Positions 1 to 9,611 of a DNA stretch of 64,000 nucleotides are shown piece by piece. Position 1 is the stretch's first letter, and every line of letters starts with the position of its first letter. This DNA is from Nitrosopumilales archaeon. Its GTDB lineage: Archaea; Thermoproteota; Nitrososphaeria; Nitrososphaerales; Nitrososphaeraceae. Made by a program: the position numbers and the translations under genes. The stretch is taken from positions 1 through 64,000 of the forward strand of contig JBIQJB010000009.1 in the NCBI GenBank assembly GCA_044507735.1, in the 5' to 3' direction. The notes beneath the pieces were generated by a model. It searched no databases, was not told the origin of the DNA, and saw only the letters and a program-made list of their open reading frames with translations.

Positions 1-161
1 GGATGCGGTTCACATTATTTCTGGCTAGGGATGGAGGCTAAGTTAACAGCGCCCAAGATACAATCAGATCGGATTTGTGGATAAAGGAGAATTAAATTCT
101 GGGCTTAGCGTTTGCAGGAGCAAGTGTAGGGGATCAAAACAAAAAGAGAGGGATAAGTCAC

Positions 162-722
162 TTATTCAGTGACAGTCAAGTTCAGCGGGAGTCCATGACC
201 CGTATAGACGTTCAGACCCCTGTTTGGGTCTTTTACACCCTCGATTGTGCCATCAAGCACATACGCGAAGACTTCGCCCTGTTGCGAGCCGAGATTCGCG
301 CCTGCTTCAGCCGCTATAGTCAGTGCGACAGTTGCCTTGCCGTTTGCTTCCAGTCTGACGGTCTGCGCGTCAAATGCATGCCTTATTCCTTCCAGCCGAG
401 CTGATTGCTGTCCTCCATCTTGGGCAGGCTTGCGGAACTCAAGGTTGACATCGAGCGGTCTGCCGTCTTGGGATTCAATCGTTACCTTGACGACGTGACC
501 CCTGCTGTCTCCCTTCGCTAGCGAAAGGTCGCTTTTGTCTAGCGATATGGAGAACTGTGACATTGCGGGCATGTTATAGTCCCTGACTACTACGTCTGCA
601 TCAGGGTTAGGATCCCTTGGCTTTTGGTTGGCACTAAATGCCTGCGTCGATAGGGTTGCTGTTACGAGTATTCCCATCACCGCTGCTGCGACGATTGGAA
701 TTACAAGATATTTGGTTTTCAT
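162..722 (-). CDS. Hypothetical secreted protein, probably Ig-like beta-sandwich
   Basis: 186 aa ORF. Basic N-terminus plus hydrophobic stretch and AFS cleavage-like site. Alternating beta-strand patterns (VKVTIES, ATVALTIAA, LNLTV). Confidence 0.7.
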   Translation of the reverse strand: MKTKYLVIPIVAAAVMGILVTATLSTQAFSANQKPRDPNPDADVVVRDYNMPAMSQFSISLDKSDLSLAKGDSRGHVVKVTIESQDGRPLDVNLEFRKPAQDGGQQSARLEGIRHAFDAQTVRLEANGKATVALTIAAEAGANLGSQQGEVFAYVLDGTIEGVKDPNRGLNVYTGHGLPLNLTVTE

Positions 723-747
723 TCTCTATTTTCCACTACTCCTTTTT

Positions 748-1440
748 CTATGAAGTGCAGGTCGTGCAGTAGATGCCGATAGACGTCTCTTTGGAGAAGT
801 ACGAGCTATCGTAGAAATTGACTACCGATTGTTTGTAGTTGCCTACTGCCGCGGCCTCAGCCATATGCTTCACAGTTGTAGTTATCGTACCCGTTGCAGG
901 ACCTTGTGTATTGCTTTGGACATTGCCAAAGTACGCATCTACGTTAGTTGTCCCTGTGGAGGATGGTTCGAAGAACCTATCCGTACTACTACCCCATGCG
1001 GATCCGTCTTTGTAGAGCTGGAATATCACGTGGTATTTTGCGCCGTGTAGATCAGACTGGTAATATTGTCCGTACTGGTCAATGCAGCCATAGCAGGCAT
1101 AGGCGTATGCGTAGCTATTCGTTATTGGGCGCGTTGGAGTATCTCCTGCTTGATTGATTGTTACCGATGCAGTGTAATATGCCTGTGGTGGGGTTACGTC
1201 TCGGAAATATGTCTGAGCGTGGGCTTTAACTTCAGTTGCTCCTGTCGTCCTGTCTGCTAACGCACATCTTTGAAGATACGTTAAGCCTGGCCAACCACCA
1301 GTTTCACAGGTTCCTGAAGCTGGAGTGCTCGTAATGTGGTCGTATGGTGGACTCTTGACAGTGGCCACGCCTGCAAATGCTTGGGGCATTGTCCAGACGG
1401 AAAAAGCGGCCAAGGTCGTTAAGACCACCATTGCATACAT
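748..1440 (-). CDS. Hypothetical secreted Thr/Tyr/Cys-rich protein
   Basis: 230 aa ORF with signal peptide (..PQAFA|G), six Cys and a C-terminal YCTTCTS. Ends 25 bp before the next gene, so probably an operon. Confidence 0.7.
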   Translation of the reverse strand: MYAMVVLTTLAAFSVWTMPQAFAGVATVKSPPYDHITSTPASGTCETGGWPGLTYLQRCALADRTTGATEVKAHAQTYFRDVTPPQAYYTASVTINQAGDTPTRPITNSYAYAYACYGCIDQYGQYYQSDLHGAKYHVIFQLYKDGSAWGSSTDRFFEPSSTGTTNVDAYFGNVQSNTQGPATGTITTTVKHMAEAAAVGNYKQSVVNFYDSSYFSKETSIGIYCTTCTS

Positions 1441-1609
1441 GACTTTCTTTCTATTCTTAAAAAACTTGTCTTATTCAGACTCTCAGTCACCAATTGCTAT
1501 TAATGATGATTGAACTATAAAAGTAAGCTGTTTTGGTAATGATATAATCATATTCGCGTGAAATTGGGAAATATAGTCTAAATACACTATATTTTTTAAT
1601 AACTTTCTT

Positions 1610-1912
1610 ATGATTACAAATGTGCGGAATAATGCTGAGCAACGTGAAGTAATGAGGACAGACTTGACTATGATAGTTGGGGTAGTGTTTTTTCTATTAG
1701 TACTGAATACCATATTCTTCTCCTCGATAACACAGATGCTATCTATCTCCAATCTAGCAAGGATTGGCGTGATAATGGGCAGTGTGGCTATATTTGGAGT
1801 GTCGTACTATTACGTACGCTCTGGAAAGAATTTTGAAAGAGGAAAAATGTTGATGAAGTGGACATTTCTGTATTTAGGATTCTCCTTTTTCATAGCTCTT
1901 GCTATACGATAA
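1610..1912 (+). CDS. Small hypothetical membrane protein (about 3 TM)
   Basis: Three hydrophobic segments. Lies in AT-rich DNA divergent from the secreted pair. Confidence 0.55.
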   Translation: MITNVRNNAEQREVMRTDLTMIVGVVFFLLVLNTIFFSSITQMLSISNLARIGVIMGSVAIFGVSYYYVRSGKNFERGKMLMKWTFLYLGFSFFIALAIR

Positions 1913-2172
1913 AAACATTGGACAAATTGATAGACAAGTTAATCTTAAACAGTCATAAACTGATGGGTACTCAATCGACAAGGCTACAGTACCAGCCTAT
2001 TTCAGTTATTAATTTGATAGACACTGTGGATTATTATACTTACCCTTCTTACACATTCCAAATCTGTATTCGCGGCATGTTTCATAAACTGTTATTGATG
2101 ATGGCTTCTCTTTATTCCTGCTAGATGCAGTCCTAGCTAGGCTTTGCATAAAGGGAGGGTAAAAGGAGCTTT

Positions 2173-3630
2173 TTATCCAAACCGCATAGGCCGGGTAATA
2201 ACTGAAGCTTGCGGGCATGATGCAATAATGTTTAGATCAAGTGTATCAAACTTGACATGAATTGATTTGGCTATCTGTGCCTTGATATGTTCTGGAACAC
2301 CACCATAGCATTTGTTCAACACTTCCGTATTCTCCCATCCACCCAAGCTGGCCACATAGGCAAGCGACCAGTTTGTTGCTGCCAGATAGTACTGAGCCAT
2401 CGTATGTCTGAACAGATGCAATGGATGTCCCGTAAAGTACAGTCCGTCACCTAACGCATAGATTCTGGTCTTTTCGTTGAGCCAGCTGCTTTTATCAAGC
2501 TCTGAAAATATTTTTTTGAATTTGACAGCCATTTTTGACATGACATAAGAAGCTTGTAGAGCGTTTGCCTTGTCACTCTTAGCGTCTTCAAAGAACAGAA
2601 ACTTTCTGTCTTTTGGGAGCCTATCATAAGCAGTCTCTACAACAGCTCTGCATTCTTCTGTTGGGTACTTGACCCACCACTTGCCTTCTCTGGTCAGATA
2701 CCAATCTCCTCTTTTCGTTTTGGATTCAAATTGCTCAACTCTAAATAATGGAGAAAAAGCTATCCTGTCCCGGCTCATAGATGCCATAGCAAACGCTCTA
2801 GCTCCTGTATGCAAGTCAATGTTCATAAATGACCATGATTCCCAATCACATTCATTCTCAAGTCTTTTGTTAATTCGATCTATTTGCTCCGATGTAATCA
2901 GTATGTCTTTGTATTCTCCAAGCCTGTCAGACGTGGTTGATAGACCATAGCGTTTGCCCTCGCCATGAGCAAAATTGATGTTGTGAGCTGCAAGAAAACT
3001 GCGGTATGCGTTGATCGTATTGGTCTTTTGCATTTGTGGGTACGCAGTATTGAACCATGCAAGGAAATTCTGCCAGTATTCGATCGCTATTTCTTTGCGC
3101 TTTGTAGCATCAATGGGTACGCCGTAGCTAATAATGGTGTCTGGCATCACCTTTAGCTGATTCGATATTCCATGTATGACATTTACAAGATGATTGATTC
3201 TGCTAGCAGGTATTGCGCCTGATTTCAAAAATGTTATCCATTTCTGAATTGATGGCAGCTGGTTGAACGGTTCCTTGTCTAATTTCTGATATTGCTGCGT
3301 TATCTGCTTTTGCAGAGATATGACAATGTTCCCATTAGCATCTCGCTTTATTCCCCACTTGTCATCTTTTTCCATCTCTGCTAGATAACGCGAAACAGTA
3401 CTGTGATCCTTGCCTACATCAGTACCAATTTCTCTGGTAGTGTAATTGCCATTTTGGATGCTGATTGTTATTGCTTCTTTGATCTTTTCCCTGTCCTTGA
3501 CTTTCAGACCCTTAACTCGTAAGCGGCTCTTACTTCGCACAAGTGCATGAGCCACTAGGCATCCATCTCCCTGATTGTAACACCGCCTAGAACTAACGCC
3601 AGTGACGTGGTAGAGGGATAGATATACCAA
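2173..3630 (-). mobile_element. Tyrosine recombinase/integrase with N-terminal HTH (true start probably near 3555)
   Basis: Catalytic motifs HTGAR (R), ESKTK (K), HLFRH (HxxR), LGGW and KCYG (Tyr nucleophile). HTH-like segment TTREIGTDVGKDHSTVSRYLAEME. Confidence 0.88.
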
Positions 3631-3843
3631 ATATCAAATAATAAAGTCGGAAAAATTATTAGTATTGCTTGATAAGCTCTGAAGTAAAAGTTAAGCAATT
3701 GTATATTTTCAGCGACCATTTTGAACGGTGCGACTATGCAACAAGTTATGCAACGCTTTTGGTGCATTAGACGCTTGGTAGAAGCGATATTCTCAAATAA
3801 TTATTCATCTTGCGATGATAGAATTGACGGTGAGAAGAGAGGT

Positions 3844-4086
3844 ATGAAATTTGTTCTGTCACAGGGATATCCTATTCCGGGATGCGCCAGGCTCTTGTAC
3901 AAAGATGTGAGAACTGGTGACAACAAGAAAATAGGGGTGGTCTATTCGGAAGACGAACATTTCATTATAGTGCATTCACCACGCGCAAGACAATACAGAA
4001 TACCAAGATCAGCCATCAAGCGCACTGACGGGTCCCAGGTACTACTGGGGATATCTTCTCCGGAATTGAGGAGGTATGGTTTGTGA
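3844..4086 (+). CDS. Small PRC-barrel-like hypothetical protein
   Basis: YKDVRTGDNKKIGVV...YRIPRSAI pattern typical of PRC-barrel-like domains. GTGA overlap with the next ORF. Confidence 0.55.
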   Translation: MKFVLSQGYPIPGCARLLYKDVRTGDNKKIGVVYSEDEHFIIVHSPRARQYRIPRSAIKRTDGSQVLLGISSPELRRYGL

Positions 4087-4688
4087 GGCGAACCGATCGA
4101 CTGCCTGTATATACTGCGTTTAAAGGCTCGAAGATGGGGCTTGCTATCAGAGGATATGAATTGGTTCCAAACAAGGCGCTCTTAACCAAAATTTCTCTTT
4201 ACGCTCCGGAAGTTGTCGAGTCGGTACTATCAGAGCATCCAGAAATAGTTGACGCATGGCTGAAACAGTTGCACTACAAGTATGTCGCGTCTAAAAGGTC
4301 GTGCGAACTTGAAAACGATCCTATAGCCTGCTTCAACTTGTTACCGCTGAAGCAATTCGAAGAGCACTTCCAGTCATGGAAGGACGATGGGATCATTAGA
4401 TTATCCTTGCCAGGGGGCAAGGCCATCCGAATAAAAAACACGAGAAATGAGCAGGAAGTGGAGGTTACCGATGAAATCGCTCTCGCGAATGAAGCAGCTC
4501 CGCATCCGCACTTTGTATGCAGCGCATGTTCGGCAACTTTTGCAGATAGTGAGCAATACAGCAGGCATCGCATGCATGAAGCCGAGATGAAGAAAAGGAA
4601 AAAGTTGTTTCTGGAACGTGCGGCAGAAAAGAGAAGAACCGCTGCCAAACAAGACATTCCGCCAAACCCTATATGGTGGCTATACTAG
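4083..4688 (+). CDS. Hypothetical protein with C-terminal C2H2 zinc finger
   Basis: FVCSACSATFADSEQYSRHRMHE motif followed by a basic tail. Confidence 0.7.
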   Translation: MRRTDRLPVYTAFKGSKMGLAIRGYELVPNKALLTKISLYAPEVVESVLSEHPEIVDAWLKQLHYKYVASKRSCELENDPIACFNLLPLKQFEEHFQSWKDDGIIRLSLPGGKAIRIKNTRNEQEVEVTDEIALANEAAPHPHFVCSACSATFADSEQYSRHRMHEAEMKKRKKLFLERAAEKRRTAAKQDIPPNPIWWLY

Positions 4689-5156
4689 TATCAGGCTCTG
4701 CACTTCTCCCACTCCAGAACATCAAAAGTCCTATCCTAGTCTGTCAAGACAAAATCGAGCTGATGGCCGTTGAACTATTTTCCTCCTGGCAAAACATGAA
4801 ACAAGCTCAACAGCATGCCGATAGCATGCAAAACGATGGTCCAGCTGATTGGTGAGAATTGCTATTGAATTTGTTTGGAAGAGATCTTGGCATCCTTAAC
4901 ATTGTTACGGGAGCCTAAATAGATCGAATGCGCAAATTGTACTCATGGAAAAAGAGAAGGAAGAAGGCGCAAAACTCCTTGAATGCAAGACCTGTCACTT
5001 GAAATTTGCAAATGAAGCCTATTTTGAAAGCCATATGGTGATGGAGCATCAGAAGAAAATACTGCCAAGCGGCGTGCAATAGTTAGTTGACATTCATGCT
5101 TCTTGGCCAGACATGACCTGCCAAGAGGCAATCCCTAATAATGTTGCAAGACTTGG

Positions 5157-5483
5157 CTAGCCCGCCCTTACGGCTTTGCTGCCGCACTTTGGACATTCTC
5201 TCAGTTTGTGACTCGTGCCGCAAGTAGTGCAGCGGAACTCAAGCTTTCTTTCCAGAGGATCAGATCGTAACATGTTGCTTGAAAAAGACGCTGCAGATGA
5301 GTATGCGCGCTTGATCCTTCTAATAGCCCAGAATCTAACTGCGTATGAAATTGCCAAGAAAACGACCATCATGGCTCCAAGAGCATATGGAAATGGCAAG
5401 ATGGAGGAAATTGCAAGGCCGATTGCAAATCCGCCGGCTATCCAGCCTATCTGCTGGATTAGAAATTTTTTCTGTTGGTTCAT
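5157..5483 (-). CDS. 2-TM membrane protein with C-terminal zinc ribbon
   Basis: Two TM helices followed by CTTCG...CPKCGS. Confidence 0.75.
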   Translation of the reverse strand: MNQQKKFLIQQIGWIAGGFAIGLAISSILPFPYALGAMMVVFLAISYAVRFWAIRRIKRAYSSAASFSSNMLRSDPLERKLEFRCTTCGTSHKLRECPKCGSKAVRAG

Positions 5484-5994
5484 CTGGTAAGTTCAATGTA
5501 TATCAGCACACAAGTCTTTGAAATGAATAACTTAACCTTGTTAATTGAAGGGAACGTTCCAAGCATGTTTTTCTCCTTCAGGCCAAGGATTGTTTTCTTC
5601 CACAAAGTTGCTCAAGCTAGCTAGACGATGAATGGTGAAATTGACAAACATCGACAAATTGATTCGCATATCTGAAAACTGGGAATACGCGCAGCATTTG
5701 TAGCTGTTGATCTGGGTGGCTTCGCGCCTTAGGGCATGCGGACCCATTCGTCGAGTCTCTGCCTTTCTCCCCCCTGCAGGCAAGACGCTAGCGGCAACGA
5801 TAAAAGACCGAGGTCGCTACGGGGCGGCCAAGAACGTGCGCCATGAATTAAGCCTGTAGGTAATATCTATAGAGTCCTGCTCTACCTTGCCCATCTATGA
5901 AATATCCGAAGCTGGTGCTTCTAAATCTGTATGATGCGAATAGTACATCTCGAAGTGGCGAATTTGATAAAAGCTAATCGGGCAAAGGTCGTAC

Positions 5995-6998
5995 ATGCAC
6001 CGTCATTTTCATGTGCACCGCGCGTCAGCCATAATTGCAATTCCTGCTTTGTTACTATTATTGTCTCAGCCGACACTAATCGCTGCCTTTGCGACAACAT
6101 CTACTTCGACCTCTCCGGCCCCTGACGGAACCACTGAAATTGGCAGGATAAGCAGCTTTTCCGAGGGCTGGAAGAATTCTTGGCTCCGTCGGGCTATCAG
6201 CAGGCGAGAGAAGACCCGTCATACGCAATTACCATACCATTTGATGATTCTGGCAATTCCCAATTCGAGCCGCAAACAATATCCATTCCGGCCAACATGA
6301 CAGTGATCTGGTTTAACGAAGATGATTCGCCCCACTCGGTTACAATCAATTCCAGCAGCTCGGTGCCAGACTCGGAGAAATTCGATTCAGACGCAATAAG
6401 TCCCAAGGATGGATCGTTCTTTCACCAATTTACGGTGCCTGGTGTGTACGATTATTACGACAGTCTGCACCCTTCTCTGAAAGGGAGGATTAATGTGGGC
6501 GGAGAGTCTGAACCTGGAAAGAACATGGACATGCAGGTAGGCGGAGATGCCTTGCCTTTTGATGCAGCCAAGGTTGGAAGGATTACATTTTCATTTGTAC
6601 CAAAGGACAATGTAACCGCGATCCCGCCAACCTTGAGCATAACTTACAATGTGACCATTGCCAATTCCACAGGTGTTCTATACAGCAACCAGTTTGAGGA
6701 CTCTGATGGCATACTTGACTTGGAGCTGATCCCTACAAACAGATCGTTGTCGAACCAAACTGCCCCGTCGCATTTTCTAACTTGGGGCCCTGACCTCACT
6801 GATCAGGAAGGGGTGGCAAGTGATGGAACGTATCACGTCCAGGGTCCGGTTCTAGTGAAGAATGAAGATTATTCCATCGGTGTATCTATCGTGGCAATTG
6901 ACAATGCAATACAATCGCCTCCGCCAAGTGACACCTTTCTCCTCCCATCCGCAAACTCAACCGCCGACTCTGTGTTGGCTTTTGCCGGCGGCCAATGA
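5995..6998 (+). pseudogene. Cupredoxin/plastocyanin-like secreted protein split by an apparent 1-bp frameshift near 6136-6140
   Basis: The signal peptide is in the 5995 frame. The cupredoxin domain (FEPQTISI..VIWFNED..HSVT..F...G.YDYYD..HP) is in the 6180 frame, which is open only from 6138 after a TGA at 6135. Confidence 0.7.
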
Positions 6999-7047
6999 TG
7001 CCGCCCACAATTAGCAGTTTTCTTTTTTTAATGATATCATGTGGTGA

Positions 7048-7920
7048 CTACCCGCGGGCGCTCCTGGCGGTGGTGTGAGCAGAGTAATACTGCTCGGCAT
7101 GCTGCAGTGCCTGCCTCTTTTCTTCGGAGAGTGCATTGCCAAGCATCTCTTCAAATTGCAAGGCATTGATTACTGCCGCACCCGCATAATGGTTGTTAAA
7201 GTAAATGCGCATCCGCTTCACACCGCTGCTTATCGCATTTACCTTTGCAACCCATGGCCCAAGCTCTTCTTTGCTGTAAAGGTAGTTGTACCAATAGCCC
7301 TTGTTGCGACCGTGCAGTCGTATGAAGGCATGATCTGCGGTCACGACAGGGTTGGAAAGGTACTCCAGCTTGGGATCTGGCGAATCCGTCAGAACGGAGG
7401 CAATATTATGCTGCTTCAACAGTTCCAGCGCACCCTCGGTTTCCCAGGACTCGTGTCTGAATTCCACTGCATAGTCATATTCTCGCGGCAGTAGCCGCAG
7501 AAAGTCCTCAATCTTTCTAAAGTCGTCGACCGTAAACCAGGGCGGCATCTGGAACAAAATCGCGCCCAGCTTGTTGTATTTCTTGAGCGGAGAGATCTTG
7601 TCCAAATACGCTTGAAAATCAGAAAAGGCCCCCTCGCTAGCCGACAGCTTTTTCTTGTGGGTTATTGTCTCAGGAACCTTGAGTGAAAACTGGAACCCTT
7701 CGGGCGTGGCCCTGCTCAAACCGTAAAATAAGCCAGGTTTCATATCATTGTAGAACCGCTCATAAAATATTGCGTCAAACTCTGCTGTGTTAAAGTAATG
7801 GCTGTAATAGCGGAGGAGCCTTGTCTCATTTTCCGGGTAGAATACTCCCTTCCAACCGCCTTTCATTGGCGAATCTGGGTAGTTCCAGCCAGAACAGCCG
7901 ATCTGAATTTGTACGCTCAA
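7048..7920 (-). CDS. DUF72 (YecE-like) TIM-barrel protein
   Basis: IGCSGWNY, FSLKVP..ITH, LFQMPP, AVEFRHESW, IRLHGR and YFNNH motifs. Confidence 0.92.
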   Translation of the reverse strand: MSVQIQIGCSGWNYPDSPMKGGWKGVFYPENETRLLRYYSHYFNTAEFDAIFYERFYNDMKPGLFYGLSRATPEGFQFSLKVPETITHKKKLSASEGAFSDFQAYLDKISPLKKYNKLGAILFQMPPWFTVDDFRKIEDFLRLLPREYDYAVEFRHESWETEGALELLKQHNIASVLTDSPDPKLEYLSNPVVTADHAFIRLHGRNKGYWYNYLYSKEELGPWVAKVNAISSGVKRMRIYFNNHYAGAAVINALQFEEMLGNALSEEKRQALQHAEQYYSAHTTARSARG

Positions 7921-8083
7921 CTCTGCTTCTCAATGGATGCGAATAATAAATAAAGCGAGCGAAAATGCCATCAGCTTACCTCTCCGAATTGCAACTTCCT
8001 TTCATTGGTTAAGATTTTTGCCATAGCAATGCTATTTGAAACAATGGCCTTTGCAGCAAGTCCTGAATAGAGTTCCAAAGCTC

Positions 8084-8818
8084 CTAACGTCCGTCGGCAG
8101 CATGAGAAAGATACCTTGCGTGCAATAGGGAAGTGATGTGCTTGCGCGTCACAACCAATCCAAACGCAAGCAAGAACGCGACGCCGTGAACAAAGACGTT
8201 GCTGCCCGGTGTCCTGGAAAGAAAGATGTCCGGCGCTGCCAGGAGCATCGATAGAAAGAATCCAACGACAATTGCATTTACCAGAATCACGCCTCTTATT
8301 TTCCTACGCGGCATTTCTGGGACAGTTCTTGCTCTCAAAGCTGCATCTTGGATATTTTCCACAGCAAGCCCTAATGCCGCCCCTCCAACAGCAAATACGA
8401 GCCCGGACGCGCCGACCGAAGCGAATTGAATGTTGGGATTAACAATTTGGAAAGCGAGGGCCCACAAGACATCGGCAGTCACCGCCGAGCCAATAACCAC
8501 TGGAACAAAAGATACAGCTCTTCCTTTTCGTTCGCTGTCAGGCACTAGCGAGATCGATAGTAAGATATACGAAGTAAAACCCCATAAGGCGCCAATGTTT
8601 GCAAGGAGATGGTCCCAGCTGCGGTGCAAGAGCATCGAGGTAAAGACGCCCCAGGGTGTTGACGGCGACATCTGGAGCGTTATTGTTACGTCATTGTTGA
8701 TAAGCTGAAAAATATACATGACAAGAGTGGCAGCCGTTACGACTGCCGCCAGCACGATGACTGGCCGGTTCAATCGAAGTGATTTCAAGAACTCTTCTTT
8801 TGCGCTGTATGTTCTCAT
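8084..8818 (-). CDS. Rhomboid-family intramembrane serine protease
   Basis: LLH.SWDHLLAN, GASG (catalytic Ser) and VHGVAF (catalytic His), with about 6 TM helices. Confidence 0.88.
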   Translation of the reverse strand: MRTYSAKEEFLKSLRLNRPVIVLAAVVTAATLVMYIFQLINNDVTITLQMSPSTPWGVFTSMLLHRSWDHLLANIGALWGFTSYILLSISLVPDSERKGRAVSFVPVVIGSAVTADVLWALAFQIVNPNIQFASVGASGLVFAVGGAALGLAVENIQDAALRARTVPEMPRRKIRGVILVNAIVVGFFLSMLLAAPDIFLSRTPGSNVFVHGVAFLLAFGLVVTRKHITSLLHARYLSHAADGR

Positions 8819-8820
8819 CC

Positions 8821-9036
8821 CTACTCACTTTCGTCGTCCCAAGATATTGCGTTCGTGCCCTGGACGAGCATGTTACAGTTGTCACAAAAATACCTGCAAT
8901 TATCAAAGTAGTCGTAGGACTGCTCCAGTGGCGAATCGCAATCGGGACACGACATTCCATGATGGCCATGATCTTCCATCTCTGCTGACAATTCTGGGGC
9001 AACAAGCTGTTGCCTTGATTCTCTTGTCATGCCCAA
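8821..9036 (-). CDS. Small zinc-ribbon protein
   Basis: CPDC...FCDNC motif with a His-rich leader (DHGHHG). Sits 2-8 bp from both neighbours. Confidence 0.65.
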   Translation of the reverse strand: MGMTRESRQQLVAPELSAEMEDHGHHGMSCPDCDSPLEQSYDYFDNCRYFCDNCNMLVQGTNAISWDDESE

Positions 9037-9044
9037 TTTCTCCC

Positions 9045-9521
9045 CTACTGATACACCCTAAAGTTGCCCGGAGTGCATGTCATGATTCCTTCCATCCTTG
9101 CAACCATTCGCAAATCGCTATCGTATGTCACGAGTACCGCGCCGAGATTCTTGCAATAAACAAGGTAGATATTGTCTGGAGAATGACAAAGGTTCAGATA
9201 CTTGGCCTTTAGCTCGTCAGCTTCCGACATTATCCTGCCAACATCTTCGCCGCTGCATTGGCCGACATAGTCTATCTGTCCCATCATTGAGAATGATTCT
9301 ATTAGTTCCAAAGCCCGTTCGGTGTCAATCTTGGCAACCCTGGACACTTCTTTAATCAGGATGCTGGGGACTACTATTCTGATGTCCTTGCGATGAGCAA
9401 TCTTTTTCCTCAGCTCCAGAGCTTCCGGCTTGTTCTCGTATGCACTAACTATCGTGCAGGTATCGAGCAGTATCAGTGTCTGTTGCTGTGATGACAGGAG
9501 CTTTGCGAACTGGTTCATCAT
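9045..9521 (-). CDS. PIN-domain (VapC-like) ribonuclease
   Basis: LLDTC, ILIKEV, SPDNIYL and LVTYDSDL: all acidic PIN catalytic positions are present. Confidence 0.88.
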   Translation of the reverse strand: MMNQFAKLLSSQQQTLILLDTCTIVSAYENKPEALELRKKIAHRKDIRIVVPSILIKEVSRVAKIDTERALELIESFSMMGQIDYVGQCSGEDVGRIMSEADELKAKYLNLCHSPDNIYLVYCKNLGAVLVTYDSDLRMVARMEGIMTCTPGNFRVYQ

Positions 9522-9540
9522 GACGACAGTTATGGTGGAA

Positions 9541-9600
9541 ATTTATTTATTGATGTTGACGTCAATAACGTTAACAACGTTTAAATCATTAACAATGTAA
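9541..9600. promoter_or_regulatory. Divergent promoters with a palindromic candidate operator
   Basis: TATA-like ATAAATAAAT on the minus strand (9541-9550) and TTTAAAT on the plus strand (9580-9586). Between them lies the imperfect 23-bp palindrome TGTTGACGTCAATAACGTTAACA (9554-9576), which contains the perfect TTGACGTCAA. Confidence 0.6.
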
Positions 9601-9611
9601 GCATTAGTTGC

